In this document: piece by piece, positions 10,096 through 20,883 of the stretch
How the letters are laid out: each line of letters begins with the position of its first letter
How positions within the stretch are numbered: position 1 is the stretch's first letter
Assembly (NCBI GenBank): GCA_007116075.1
Contig: SKJE01000051.1
Location: 1-56,310, forward strand
Reading direction: 5' to 3'
Source: Spirochaetia bacterium
GTDB lineage: Bacteria > Spirochaetota > Spirochaetia > PWKH01
DNA length: 56,310 nucleotides
Notes under the pieces: model-generated
Seen by the model: only the letters and a program-made list of their open reading frames with translations
Databases searched by the model: none
What the model was told of the DNA's origin: nothing
Made by a program: the position numbers and the translations under genes

Positions 10096-11101
10096 TCTGC
10101 CGGAATCACTGATAGCACAAAAACCATCCCACCGCCGAAGCGACAGCAGGATGATGATGGTGGACCGCAGCACCGGCACCATTTCCCACAGTAAAACTGC
10201 ACATCTTCCTCAGAATCTTCAGTCGCCCCTGGTGCTGGTGAGAAACAATTCAAAGGTCCGTAAAGCAAGGGTATTTGCCCAGAAGGATTCACATGGTGGA
10301 TCCCTGGAGTTTCTCTTCCTCTCACGCATTGATACTTACCGCTGGGAGGTGATGGTTTCCCGATCCAAGAAACAGCGGAGAGGAGACACCTATTCCTTCC
10401 CAGGTTCTGTAACCGGTGAAATCACCGATGAACACACCAGTGAAGGAGCATCGTTGAAGGTGATTACCACTTCTATAGCCCTTGAGGAGTCCTATTTTCT
10501 CACCCACGGTCATGTACCGCTCCCGCCGTATATTAAGCGGGAGGACGAAGGATTCGATGAACGGCGCTACCAGACTATGTATGCAAGTGTTGTAGGTTCT
10601 GTTGCCGCCCCCACAGCGGGTCTGCATATGACCAAGGGTGTGGAGCAGGAATTGTTGGATCAGGGCATAGAGATTGTTGATGTGACACTTCATGTGGGAC
10701 TCGGAACGTTTCTTCCTATCCGGACTGAACATATTGAAGAGCATGAGATGCATCGGGAGAGCTACACAATTTCTTCAGATGCAGCAGAGCGGATCAACCG
10801 GGCAAAAAGCAGCGGAATTCCGGTCTATGCCCTGGGAACTACTTCCATGAGAACCCTGGAGGCTTCCTGGATGGATGGAAAAGTGAGAGAGGGTACTGAT
10901 GCCACAAATCTGTATATCACCCCGGGATATACATTCAATGTTGTCGACGGGCTGTTTACCAATTTCCATACTCCCGGTTCAACCCTGCTGGTACTGGTTT
11001 CTTCATTTGCGGGGACAGATCTTATGAGAAGGGCATACCAGGAAGCGATATCGGAGGGATACCGGTTCTTCTCCTACGGAGATGCCATGCTGATCCGCTG
11101 A
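10070..11101 (+). CDS. queA: tRNA preQ1(34) S-adenosylmethionine ribosyltransferase-isomerase
   Basis: [34 protein letters not shown] and GDAMLI are QueA hallmarks. Confidence 0.92.
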   Translation: MKTRDFFFDLPESLIAQKPSHRRSDSRMMMVDRSTGTISHSKTAHLPQNLQSPLVLVRNNSKVRKARVFAQKDSHGGSLEFLFLSRIDTYRWEVMVSRSKKQRRGDTYSFPGSVTGEITDEHTSEGASLKVITTSIALEESYFLTHGHVPLPPYIKREDEGFDERRYQTMYASVVGSVAAPTAGLHMTKGVEQELLDQGIEIVDVTLHVGLGTFLPIRTEHIEEHEMHRESYTISSDAAERINRAKSSGIPVYALGTTSMRTLEASWMDGKVREGTDATNLYITPGYTFNVVDGLFTNFHTPGSTLLVLVSSFAGTDLMRRAYQEAISEGYRFFSYGDAMLIR

Positions 11102-11700
11102 AGCACATGCTTCCATATCTCCTCATGCAGCAGCTGCTGGGGCAATGCAGCATCAAGGGTATGCACTAAAGTACGGTCCCGGTACTGTTCGAAGACTTCC
11201 CGGTAACGCTGACTGACTTGCTGCTGGAATTCAGCGTGTTCAAAGACCTCACGCTGGGTATCCCGTCCCTCAAGGCGTTTCATAGAAACTTCATGAGAAA
11301 GATCAAGAAAAAACGTAATCCCCGGGAGGGGAAAGTTGTTGTTTAATTGCGAGACCAGTTCCATTCCGCAGGAAAGTGACTGGTAGGCAAGGGAGCTGAA
11401 CAGGTAGCGGTCGCAGACGACCCAACTGCCGTTATTCAGATGATGGAGCACCCCCTTCTGGGGATGGTAGAGATGATCATGGCGGTCAGCCGCAAAGAGA
11501 TAGGCAAGGGTATCGTTATGAGCAGGATAGGATCCCCGAAGAATCGTCCTGATGACTCTGCCGATAGGCTCATCAGTGGGCTCGCAGGTCACATGAACCT
11601 GACAGCCCGCTTGGTTTAACCGTTGGGAGAGCAGTCGTGCCTGGGTGGTTGTACCAGATCCGTCTATTCCCTCAAGGACAATAAATTTAGATGTGTTCAC
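11074..11700 (-). CDS. tmk: thymidylate kinase
   Basis: The P-loop FIVLEGIDGSGTTTQ is present. 208 aa. The 3' end overlaps the queA 3' end by 28 nt (convergent). Confidence 0.88.
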   Translation of the reverse strand: MNTSKFIVLEGIDGSGTTTQARLLSQRLNQAGCQVHVTCEPTDEPIGRVIRTILRGSYPAHNDTLAYLFAADRHDHLYHPQKGVLHHLNNGSWVVCDRYLFSSLAYQSLSCGMELVSQLNNNFPLPGITFFLDLSHEVSMKRLEGRDTQREVFEHAEFQQQVSQRYREVFEQYRDRTLVHTLDAALPQQLLHEEIWKHVLQRISMASP

Positions 11701-11751
11701 TGCAGCCTCTCATTGCTTATTACGCTATAAGGAAGTACATTTTATTTACGT

Positions 11752-14700
11752 ATGATAACCGGAAGAAGGGTAGTATTGCAATCACTCATCTCATTGCTCA
11801 TTGTGTTCTCTGCACTGATATTCGTATATCCTCTGAGGTATGCCCTCAGCTCTCACCTGGATCAGCGCCTCGGCGGAGTTATAACCGATTTTGAAGAGAG
11901 CTTATCCGGAGTAGTGACCTACGACAGCATCTCCCCAATGCTCTTCAACCGAATTGCCCTCGAGGGTGTCTCCTTCACCATACCCGGCAGTACTGTTTCA
12001 GCACAGCAACTGGTGATACAGTTTTCCCTGAGGGAGGTGTATACCGACTACCGGAATCTCACCCACATAGATATCTCCCTTCGGGGACTCTCAGGGACAA
12101 TTGATGTGGATGAACTCATCAAGTGGATAGCAGCCATGGAGACCGGGTTGATCTCAATCAGTTCTGTGGGGATATCACTAGACGATGCCCAACTTGACGC
12201 CGAACTTCCTGAGTGGCAGGTGAGTGCAGGATTTGCTGAGGCAGAAATTCTTGTTCAGCTTGAACAAATGCGCATATCCGGGTCAGTTACCGCTCCAGAG
12301 CTCAACGGTTCGGGGGCTCTGACTGGCACGCTTCTCTCAAAGGGAATCATTCAATTCTCCCTGTCCGAGGAACATCTGTTTCTTCAGATACCGGACATGT
12401 ATGCAGATATACCCCAATATGGTTCCATGGATGATGTGCCCCTTCTTGCAATCTGGGAGGACAGTACGCTCTATATCTCAAGTACGCTTGCTGGAACTGC
12501 AGTCATTGGCACGTATACCCCCGATCAGGACAATAGTTTTACCATGAATATTTCATCTGATGCCCTCGATACGGGTGCTACATTCCGCTTTTATGCGCTT
12601 CCGGATGAGATCAGTCAGATCATTCAAGAAATCCAGGGTCTTGAGTTTTCTGCTGATGTGACCGGCAGATTGACTCAAGATCCCATCGACTTCAGTGACC
12701 TGAAGTATGAGGCTGAGTTCCGCCTTGCTGAATTCACCTATCAGCAGCTTAAACTAAGCTTTCTCCAGGGCAGGATAACCGGTGACATGGAGGGTTTTAC
12801 CAATAGCCAGCTTCAGACACGGATCCAGGACAACCCTGTGCGATTTCAGGGAGATATCAGCTTTACAGATCTTGTGCCTGAAGGTCGGTTAGATATTCGG
12901 ATCACCGAACTGCTGGATGACCGAGTACTGTCCTTGGATGTGACCCGCCTTGGTGAGCGCCAGGCTGGGATATCCTATGACCAGGATGAATTTTCCCTTG
13001 CCGGCAGTATTGATTACCGCAGCTTTGATGAATTACTGATCTATCCGACACTCACCTACGGAACTCAGGAATTCTATCTTCCCATGCTCTTTATCCCAGA
13101 AGAGCGCTACATCAGCTCGCTCGATGGCGGAGATGCACGATTCAGCCTGGATATGCAGGACGGCACCACTCAGGTCATGCTCAACTGGCAGGATATGATA
13201 CTCCCGGCATTACCCGGTGTTCCCCTGGTGGGTATACCGGTCAGTGGAAGACTGGCCGGATACTTCACAGACCTTGATGATTATAGATTCACCATACAGA
13301 GCCTTCAGATAGACGGTATAGCACTCATGGATCACGAGTTCGGTCTCTCTATGAAAGGTTCTCTCACTCCGGGTATGCTGCGTTTCACCAGTATCACCTA
13401 CAGGGATGAACAGGACATGCTCAACGGAAGCGGTTCACTGCTTTTCGATGCGCACAGCCGGACCATCAGAAGTGCTTTGATTGAATTCAGGGATGGTCAG
13501 GAGCACTATCGTGGAGAGCTCTTTAACTATGATGGATTCTATCATCTTGCAGGTACTATTGATTCAGGCAGCTTTGACAGGTTTCAGCAGCTTCCCTTTA
13601 CGGGAACGGTCAATTCAAGCATCTCCATCTACGGAGTTCCAGACCAGTTTACCGGTGAAATTGATATCGATGTCCCTGAACTGGATTATCGTGGAAACAT
13701 ATACCAGGGAACACTTTCGGTGCTAGCCGACCGGAATGGGTTCACTATATCACAAGGCGGTTTCTCTGTGGAAAATATCTATATAGAGGATATAAGAAGC
13801 CGTTATGATGTGCCCAGTGGCTCCTTTGATCTCTCCCTGGATCTGATCTTTGATGCGGGGGACATGTTGGTAACCTCCCGGGCAACTTCCAAGGCGACCC
13901 TTCCATCTATCGACAGGCTCTTTGATCTGCTTGAGAATCCCTTCCAGGACCAGGAGATCTTCTTTGACTTTCAGCTTCTGGATGTGAGTCTCGGGGAACT
14001 AGTGATATCAGATCAGATGGACTTCATGCTCCTGGTAGAGGACAACCAGATGGTATTGAGCGGTGGGGATCAGGATGAGTTGTTCTCATTGGAGATATCT
14101 TCCCTTGAACGGGAATTTGCTCTTTCACTGTATGAAGGACTTCCTATTCAACTCCGGGCGGAAGGGTCCTGGGCTGGGGGAGGTTTGTTCACCTTCCATG
14201 CCCAGGATATATCCTTCGATCTCACCTTTCTCAATATACTCGGCATACCTAACCTCAACTTTGCCGAGGGTACTATTGAGGGGTATCTCTCGGTCATGGG
14301 GAGCCTGCAGGATCCCGATTTCTACGGGGAGCTCAGTGTGGACACGGTTAAGGTTGACCTGGACTATCTTGCCCATCAAGCGAATGCCCATAATGTTTCC
14401 CTGACAATCCACGGTAAGGAGATGAATTTCAGTCTCTTCAACACCATGGTTGATACTGTTCCGGTTCGAACAAAACTTGATTTCTATATTGAGAATTGGA
14501 TACCTCTCTATTTCGACATGCATTTTTCCGTTCCTCCAAACCGGTTTATCAGATCGACCTTTACCATACCGGGAGCCCAGGTAGAATATGACGCACTTGT
14601 TACCGGGGAGATGCAAATTGTAATAGACAACTACGATACATATATGACCGGAAACCTTACCGCAGAAGAGGGACAGGTCAGTTTCAGTCTTGAAGAATTC

Positions 14701-15645
14701 CCAGTCCCGGATAACCCCCTCCCTGTCCGGGGTGAACTCAATTTAATCACCGGACGATCTCTTCAGTTTATACTGCCCACACGGGAGTTTCCTATTCTTA
14801 CTGCAAATGCCCTCCCTCAGCAGAAGGTGAACATCGTTTTTGACAATTCCCGTCGCACCTTCAGTATTACCGGCAATGTAGGACTGAAAAGCGGTGAAAT
14901 CTACTATGTGAGACGTAATTTCTATATTACCGAAGGCAGCATTCAGCTGGCAGAGACCCATGAATTCGTAGATCCCATGATAAACGTACGGGCAAGAATT
15001 AGGGAATATGACCAGCAGGCAAACAGGGTAGATATCTATCTGGTAGCTGAGAACCAGCGTCTTAATTCCCTTACACCGCGGTTTGAGTCAAATCCTCCGA
15101 TGCAGATCAGTGAGATCGCCCAGATACTCGGTGAAAGCATCCTGATATCAGAACAAGCGGGGGGAAGGGGATCAATTTCTCCGGCAATCGCATTCGCATC
15201 CCTCGCTACTGATATCATTAATCAGTTCGGCCTGATTGATCAATTAAGCTTTATGGGTGATTTTGAGACGAATATCCGTAACGCCTTGAATCTCGATGTG
15301 TTTTCCATACGTAGTCAGATAGTGCACAATGCACTTGTATTGAATCTGCCTGATACGCAGGTGGAAAATCCGATTGCATCGTTTCTCGACAATACTACCG
15401 TGTTTTTGGGGAAGTATTTGGGTGATTCCATGTTTTTCCAAACAATGCTAGTATTGTCTGAAAATGTTGATCAGGAAGAGGGATCAAGTTTGTTTTTTAC
15501 TGATTATATGAATATGGATGTTGAATTGAGTTTTGAATGGCAGACACCACTCTATGAACTGGTGATAACAACCCAGCCGAAGCTTAATTTCCCTGGCTTA
15601 TTCTCTGATTTCTCCGTTGGATTATCCTGGAGATACTCATTTTAA
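11752..15645 (+). CDS. tamB: TamB/AsmA-like translocation and assembly module protein (DUF490-type C-terminus)
   Basis: 1297 aa with a single N-terminal TM helix and a long beta-rich body. The C-terminal region reads RARIREYDQQANRVDIYLVAENQRLNSLTPRFESNPPMQISEIAQILG. bamA follows immediately. Confidence 0.75.
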   Translation: MITGRRVVLQSLISLLIVFSALIFVYPLRYALSSHLDQRLGGVITDFEESLSGVVTYDSISPMLFNRIALEGVSFTIPGSTVSAQQLVIQFSLREVYTDYRNLTHIDISLRGLSGTIDVDELIKWIAAMETGLISISSVGISLDDAQLDAELPEWQVSAGFAEAEILVQLEQMRISGSVTAPELNGSGALTGTLLSKGIIQFSLSEEHLFLQIPDMYADIPQYGSMDDVPLLAIWEDSTLYISSTLAGTAVIGTYTPDQDNSFTMNISSDALDTGATFRFYALPDEISQIIQEIQGLEFSADVTGRLTQDPIDFSDLKYEAEFRLAEFTYQQLKLSFLQGRITGDMEGFTNSQLQTRIQDNPVRFQGDISFTDLVPEGRLDIRITELLDDRVLSLDVTRLGERQAGISYDQDEFSLAGSIDYRSFDELLIYPTLTYGTQEFYLPMLFIPEERYISSLDGGDARFSLDMQDGTTQVMLNWQDMILPALPGVPLVGIPVSGRLAGYFTDLDDYRFTIQSLQIDGIALMDHEFGLSMKGSLTPGMLRFTSITYRDEQDMLNGSGSLLFDAHSRTIRSALIEFRDGQEHYRGELFNYDGFYHLAGTIDSGSFDRFQQLPFTGTVNSSISIYGVPDQFTGEIDIDVPELDYRGNIYQGTLSVLADRNGFTISQGGFSVENIYIEDIRSRYDVPSGSFDLSLDLIFDAGDMLVTSRATSKATLPSIDRLFDLLENPFQDQEIFFDFQLLDVSLGELVISDQMDFMLLVEDNQMVLSGGDQDELFSLEISSLEREFALSLYEGLPIQLRAEGSWAGGGLFTFHAQDISFDLTFLNILGIPNLNFAEGTIEGYLSVMGSLQDPDFYGELSVDTVKVDLDYLAHQANAHNVSLTIHGKEMNFSLFNTMVDTVPVRTKLDFYIENWIPLYFDMHFSVPPNRFIRSTFTIPGAQVEYDALVTGEMQIVIDNYDTYMTGNLTAEEGQVSFSLEEFPVPDNPLPVRGELNLITGRSLQFILPTREFPILTANALPQQKVNIVFDNSRRTFSITGNVGLKSGEIYYVRRNFYITEGSIQLAETHEFVDPMINVRARIREYDQQANRVDIYLVAENQRLNSLTPRFESNPPMQISEIAQILGESILISEQAGGRGSISPAIAFASLATDIINQFGLIDQLSFMGDFETNIRNALNLDVFSIRSQIVHNALVLNLPDTQVENPIASFLDNTTVFLGKYLGDSMFFQTMLVLSENVDQEEGSSLFFTDYMNMDVELSFEWQTPLYELVITTQPKLNFPGLFSDFSVGLSWRYSF

Positions 15646-15659
15646 AAGAAGGATCGTTT

Positions 15660-18128
15660 ATGAAGAAGATATCGGTAGTGTTACTCGTTTTATGCCTGAC
15701 CGCGGTTGCCGCAGTCTCCCTCGGAGCCCAGGACACCCCCTGGTGGACCAATAGAACCATTGAAAACCTTGAATTTGAGGATCTGGTGCATGTTGAACCC
15801 CGGCAGCTCGATTTTCTGGTGGAGGAATACCGTGGAGAGACCCTTACACATGCGCTGTTCCAGGAAATTCAGAACAGACTCTACGACCTTGAATATTTCA
15901 GTTACTTCTATGCCTATGCAAAACGGTCGGCAGTAAGTGACCAGAACGTTATTCTTTCATTCAGTATGGTGGAGCAGCCGCTGGTAACAGAACTGACTAT
16001 TGACGGTAATAGTGTGCTTTCCAATCAACGCATCAGGGAACTGATCCGTATTGACCAGGGAAGTTTTTTCAGCCGTTCATCCTTCAGGGGAGATCCAGAC
16101 CGAATCAAGCGTGAATACCTTGACCGAGGATATGCGGATGTCACCATAGATCAGGAGCAGAAAACTGATGAAGAGGCCAATACGGTTTCCATTACATATA
16201 CTATTGATGAGGGGCTCCAGTCCAGGATTGATCAGATAGCATTTCAGGGTAACGAGAGTTTCTCCGATTCAACATTGAAAAGGCAGCTGATCTCAAAGGA
16301 GCAGTCCCTGTTCAATCGGGGTATATTTATCGAGAGCCAGCTTGATGAGGATAGGGAAGCGGTACTGACCTTTTACCGGGACCGGGGATATATTGACGCG
16401 GAGATAAGCGATGTATCAATTGAAGCCGTCGAGACCGATCGGGGCAGGAAAGCCCTTTCAATTACCTTTGAGGTGGTAGAAGGCCCCCTCTGGCGTTTCG
16501 GGGGCATTTCCATTTCCGGAAACACCCTCTTCAGTGACGAAGAGCTGAAGCAGAATACCCGTCTCCGGGTGGGGGATACCCTGAACCTGTCACGGCTTCA
16601 GGAGGATTTTGCAGCAATTGTCGAGGTCTACTATAATAGCGGATACATCTACAATGAAGTGACCCCGACGGAACAGCGGGATCATGAGAACAACCGGGTC
16701 ACCTTTGACGTGGTGATGGTTGAGCGCGGTCAGGCTTTTATTGAGGATGTGACCATCAGCGGTAATGAACGCACCAGGGATAACGTAATAGCCCGGGAGC
16801 TGACCCTCCAGCCCGGAGAGGTATTCAGCCGTGCGGAACTGATCCAGAGCATGAGAAACCTCTACAATACAGGGCTCTTTGATGATGTGAATGTTCAGCC
16901 TGAGTACGGCAGCGAAGAGGGCCTGCTTGATCTCAACGTCGATGTTATTGAGGCAAACCGGATTGATCTTCGCTTCGGTGCCACCTTCGGGGGAGGGGAT
17001 TTCCCGGTATCGGGTTTTCTCTCCTGGAACGACAAGAACTTTTTCGGAATGGGCTCTGACTTCTCCATATCACTGGAGGCATCCCCGGTTCGCCAGAGCA
17101 TTGATTTTACCTACATGGAAAACTGGTTATTCAACAGGCGTTTAAGCGGCGGTGTAAACCTTCGGTTTGACCGAAATAAAGAAACTGGAATTCCCCAGGA
17201 CCGGACCGGTTCCGGATTTCCTGAGGATTCTCCGACCATGGAGATGATCCGATACAACATCGGGCTTGGGCTCTTCTCCGGCTATACCTTTCACACTGAC
17301 ATCGGTCGAATTAATATTGGCGGAGGATACAGCTTTTCACTCAGAATGCTCGACTATGACGATAACCAGTATACTCCCTACAACCAAAGTTATCGGGACA
17401 ACCATCAAGACTGGCAGTTCAATAATGAAATCTACCTCACCACCACCTGGGACCGCCGGGATCTTGTCCATAACCCAACCAGTGGTTTTATCCTCCATAA
17501 CCGTATCGGGGTTTCCGGAGGAGTTCTCAATGAGGCATTCTTTTTTGCAGCCAATCCGCTTCCAACAAACTATATCAAGAACCAGACCCGCCTGGCGGGA
17601 TACTTCACCCTCTTTGATATTCCCCGGACTGACCGGAAAAACCTGTTAGGAGTGCTTTCAGCTGAAACCAATTTCTCATTTATGTTTCCCCAGCGGGAGG
17701 CGGAAGGATTTGCCGACAGATCAAACAAGCTGTTTATCGACGGCATGAACACCGCCCGGGGCTGGGACTTTGATCGAAATCTTGAGGTGCTCTGGGACAA
17801 TAAAATCGCCTTCACCATGCCCCTGGTAAGTAACGTCCTTGACGCAGAGGCCTACCTTTCCGCCACCTGGGGATATGGTCCTGAAGAGGGTAACGAAGGT
17901 ACCGGGTTTAAAACCATGGGTGATGATTTCGGACTTGATGCATTTAAGTTCTCCACTGGAGCGGGCATCAAGCTTGGTATTCCAGGTCTCCCGTTGGGAC
18001 TGTTCCTGACGAAAGCCTTTGAATTTGACGACGGTTCTATCAACTGGGAGCCAAAGGATCTAACCCAGAACCTCTTCGGTCCTTTAGGCCTTCAGCTGGT
18101 CTTCACCATCGACTACAGCCTCTTCTAG
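15660..18128 (+). CDS. bamA: outer membrane protein assembly factor BamA
   Basis: There is a signal peptide (MKKISVVLLVLCLTAVAAVSLGAQD). Repeated POTRA-like modules are present (I..I.F.GN..FSD..L). A C-terminal beta-barrel ends in the aromatic motif YSLF. 822 aa. Confidence 0.88.
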   Translation: MKKISVVLLVLCLTAVAAVSLGAQDTPWWTNRTIENLEFEDLVHVEPRQLDFLVEEYRGETLTHALFQEIQNRLYDLEYFSYFYAYAKRSAVSDQNVILSFSMVEQPLVTELTIDGNSVLSNQRIRELIRIDQGSFFSRSSFRGDPDRIKREYLDRGYADVTIDQEQKTDEEANTVSITYTIDEGLQSRIDQIAFQGNESFSDSTLKRQLISKEQSLFNRGIFIESQLDEDREAVLTFYRDRGYIDAEISDVSIEAVETDRGRKALSITFEVVEGPLWRFGGISISGNTLFSDEELKQNTRLRVGDTLNLSRLQEDFAAIVEVYYNSGYIYNEVTPTEQRDHENNRVTFDVVMVERGQAFIEDVTISGNERTRDNVIARELTLQPGEVFSRAELIQSMRNLYNTGLFDDVNVQPEYGSEEGLLDLNVDVIEANRIDLRFGATFGGGDFPVSGFLSWNDKNFFGMGSDFSISLEASPVRQSIDFTYMENWLFNRRLSGGVNLRFDRNKETGIPQDRTGSGFPEDSPTMEMIRYNIGLGLFSGYTFHTDIGRINIGGGYSFSLRMLDYDDNQYTPYNQSYRDNHQDWQFNNEIYLTTTWDRRDLVHNPTSGFILHNRIGVSGGVLNEAFFFAANPLPTNYIKNQTRLAGYFTLFDIPRTDRKNLLGVLSAETNFSFMFPQREAEGFADRSNKLFIDGMNTARGWDFDRNLEVLWDNKIAFTMPLVSNVLDAEAYLSATWGYGPEEGNEGTGFKTMGDDFGLDAFKFSTGAGIKLGIPGLPLGLFLTKAFEFDDGSINWEPKDLTQNLFGPLGLQLVFTIDYSLF

Positions 18129-18138
18129 TGAATGTGTC

Positions 18139-18163
18139 TGCCGGGCAGTTGTGCTGCCCGGCA
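18139..18163 (+). terminator. GC-rich perfect hairpin after bamA (terminator or attenuator-like; no U-tract)
   Basis: TGCCGGGCAG-ttgtg-CTGCCCGGCA forms a 10-bp perfect stem 10 nt after the bamA stop. It is followed by TATATGATG rather than a T-run. Confidence 0.4.
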
Positions 18164-18187
18164 TATATGATGATATAAGGGAATATA

Positions 18188-20773
18188 ATGAATCAGCAGG
18201 GCGAGTCGGCAACGCCGATGATGCAGCAGTACTACGCAATAAAACGGGAGTATCCGCAGGAGATACTTTTTTTTCGTCTCGGGGACTTCTATGAGATGTT
18301 TGAGGAGGATGCCCGACAGGCTTCCTCCATCCTCAATGTTACCCTTACTTCCCGAAACGGCATACCTATGTGCGGTATTCCCTATCATGCTACTAAGAGC
18401 TATATAAAGAAGCTTCTTGACGCCGGCAAACGGATAGCCATCTGCGAACAGATGGATATGCCCGAGAAGGGTATTGCCCGGCGAGAGGTAGTGCAGGTGG
18501 TCTCTCCGGGAACGGTCATTGAGGATGACCTGCTTACTTCCAACAGAAACAACTATCTCTTCTCATGCGCACTGCTAGGTAAGATGCTCACTGCATCATG
18601 GATTGATATCTCGACTGGGGAATTCTTTCTCTCATCTGCTCCCGGAGAGGAGCCGGTAAGCCAGTTGAAGAAGCTGCTCTTTGAACTTGATCCATCAGAA
18701 GTGCTTCTTCCTGAAGCACTGTACCATGAACATCCAGAAGTTCGACAGCTTCTTACCTCAACTTCGGCCATGGTCACCCCCTTTCCTGACTGGTCCTTTG
18801 ATATCGCCCAATCATATCAAGATGTGCTTGAACTCCTGGGGTTGAGCAGTCTGCAGTCCTTCGGCATCAGTAATGATGACCCCGGCCTTGCTAGTGTCGG
18901 TGTTCTCATCAGGTATCTGCGGGAGAGTGCCAAGATTTCCATGAACCATATCCGTGGAATCTCTTTGCACAGCAGACATGCCTATCTCATGATGGATGAA
19001 TCAACCCAACGTAATCTTGAACTGCTTCGTAATCTGCACGACGGCGGTGAATCTGATACACTTTTCTCGGTCCTGAGACATACGGTTACTGCTGCCGGGG
19101 CACGACGTCTCAGGGAGTGGATTATCCATCCCCTTACAGACGATGAGCAGCGCAGCAGCCGTCTTGATGCCGTAGACACACTCTACCACCAACCGTCGCT
19201 TCTTCACACGTTGAGGGGCCACCTGAAGGGAATGCTCGATATTCCACGGATCACCACAAGGTTGTTTATCGGGAAGGCTCAGCCAAAGGACTTTTATTCC
19301 CTTCGCCAGTCATTGGAAAAGGCGCTGCTCATTGACCAGGATATCCAGGGTACGCTCAGCTGTGTTCTTGAAGAGGAAACACACAATGCAGTTGCTTCAT
19401 GTGCCCAATTGATATCAGAGAGTATCTACTATGAGCCGACGTTGGGACTGCAGTATCTTATCAAACCGGGGTATCATGAACAGCTTGACTCCATGCGCAA
19501 TTACCTTGAACACAGCTTGGATTTCATCAAGGGATATGAGCAGGAGCTTCGGGAACTGTTAGGGATCCCGAAGCTCAAGGTGAAATACAATAAAATTATC
19601 GGTTATTTTATTGAGGTTTCCAAGTTACATTCGGATCGGGTAGGGCGGGAATTTATCAGAAAACAGACCTTGGTGAATTCAGAGCGCTACACCACCGAAC
19701 ATCTCCTGGAGCTTGAGCAGAAACAGAAGGAGGCTCAGGAACAGTTTGCGGACTTGGAAAGGCAGATATTCCAGCATGTGCTCCAGGAAGTACGAAGCTA
19801 TGCCCGTGTAATCAGTACTGCAGCCGAGACAGCGAGTGAGGTGGACTGCTATCAGTCTCTTGCGCACAGTGCTGCTACCCTCGGATTCGTCCGTCCTGAA
19901 TTTACCCGGGATAACAAACTGATCATTGAGAAGGGGAGACATCCGGTGGTGGAGCAGAGTCTTCCCCCGGGGTCGTTTGTTCCCAATGATCTGACCATAC
20001 CCAAGGACTACCACCGGTTTGCCCTGATAACCGGGCCGAACATGGCGGGAAAATCTACGTACCTGAGACAAAATGCCCTGATTATCATCATGGCTTACAT
20101 GGGAAGCTTTGTCCCCGCCCAGCATGCAGTAATCGGCACGGTCGATAGGATATTCTGCCGGGTCGGTGCCTCGGACAACCTCGCCCGGGGTGAAAGTACC
20201 TTCCTTGTTGAAATGCATGAGACCGCGTATATTCTGAAAAATGCCACCGATGAGAGCCTGATTATCATGGATGAGGTGGGCCGGGGGACCAGTACCGCCG
20301 ACGGGATTTCCATCGCAGCAGCGGTACTGCAGTATGTACTGCGACTGCGCAGCAAGACACTCTTTGCTACACATTTCCATGAGCTCACAGAAATTGACTC
20401 ACCTATTGTTCAGAAACTGTTTCTCGAAATCCATGAAGATGGTGATGACATCGTGTTTCTTAATCGTGTAAAATCCGGCAGCATGAAGTCATCCTATGGT
20501 ATTCATGTAGCAAAACTTGCAGGGCTGCCTGCATCTGTTATACGTCGGGCTGAGGTGCTTTTGGAACAGCACCAGAAACACATGGCACCTGATCAGTCTG
20601 GACTGCCGGAGCTCTTCAGTGAGGATATCGATCTACCGGAACATCATGAAGCCGTCGATCCTGAAATCAAGCACATCCTCGAAGATCTGAAGGCATTCAA
20701 TGTACAGGAAACTGCTCCCCTGGATGCACTAGTTTTTCTCGCAAAGCTTCAGAGCAGGCTCAAGGGCCATTGA
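18188..20773 (+). CDS. mutS: DNA mismatch repair protein MutS
   Basis: TPMMQQYYAIKREYP, FFRLGDFYEMF, Walker A GPNMAGKST and DEVGRGTST are present. 861 aa. Confidence 0.95.
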   Translation: MNQQGESATPMMQQYYAIKREYPQEILFFRLGDFYEMFEEDARQASSILNVTLTSRNGIPMCGIPYHATKSYIKKLLDAGKRIAICEQMDMPEKGIARREVVQVVSPGTVIEDDLLTSNRNNYLFSCALLGKMLTASWIDISTGEFFLSSAPGEEPVSQLKKLLFELDPSEVLLPEALYHEHPEVRQLLTSTSAMVTPFPDWSFDIAQSYQDVLELLGLSSLQSFGISNDDPGLASVGVLIRYLRESAKISMNHIRGISLHSRHAYLMMDESTQRNLELLRNLHDGGESDTLFSVLRHTVTAAGARRLREWIIHPLTDDEQRSSRLDAVDTLYHQPSLLHTLRGHLKGMLDIPRITTRLFIGKAQPKDFYSLRQSLEKALLIDQDIQGTLSCVLEEETHNAVASCAQLISESIYYEPTLGLQYLIKPGYHEQLDSMRNYLEHSLDFIKGYEQELRELLGIPKLKVKYNKIIGYFIEVSKLHSDRVGREFIRKQTLVNSERYTTEHLLELEQKQKEAQEQFADLERQIFQHVLQEVRSYARVISTAAETASEVDCYQSLAHSAATLGFVRPEFTRDNKLIIEKGRHPVVEQSLPPGSFVPNDLTIPKDYHRFALITGPNMAGKSTYLRQNALIIIMAYMGSFVPAQHAVIGTVDRIFCRVGASDNLARGESTFLVEMHETAYILKNATDESLIIMDEVGRGTSTADGISIAAAVLQYVLRLRSKTLFATHFHELTEIDSPIVQKLFLEIHEDGDDIVFLNRVKSGSMKSSYGIHVAKLAGLPASVIRRAEVLLEQHQKHMAPDQSGLPELFSEDIDLPEHHEAVDPEIKHILEDLKAFNVQETAPLDALVFLAKLQSRLKGH

Positions 20774-20825
20774 CGATCAAAGGATAACCTGCTATATAAT
20801 AGATACATCTTTTTTTTTCCTGCGG

Positions 20826-20857
20826 AAAAAAGGGTCGAACGAATCGATCCTTTTTTT
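20826..20857 (+). terminator. rho-independent (bidirectional-looking) terminator after mutS
   Basis: AAAAAA-GGGTCGA-acgaa-TCGATCC-TTTTTTT forms a 7-bp stem including one G.T pair. It is flanked by an A-run and a T-run. Confidence 0.6.
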
Positions 20858-20883
20858 GTGCAGTACCGATAGGAACGGTTTCC

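Noticed and set aside
19679-20380. 233-aa reverse-strand ORF inside mutS. Similar long antisense ORFs occur at 6122-6700 (hemW), 14125-14616 (tamB), 22434-22970 (nusA/infB), 24864-25385 (infB), 43873-44400 (cmk-rpsA), 50767-51252 and 52033-52575 (zinc-ribbon gene and rpoD)
   Set aside because: Each is fully embedded antisense in a gene with unmistakable family motifs. None has a recognisable motif or RBS. Their compositions (L/S/F/I-rich or R/G/P-rich) are typical of shadow ORFs.
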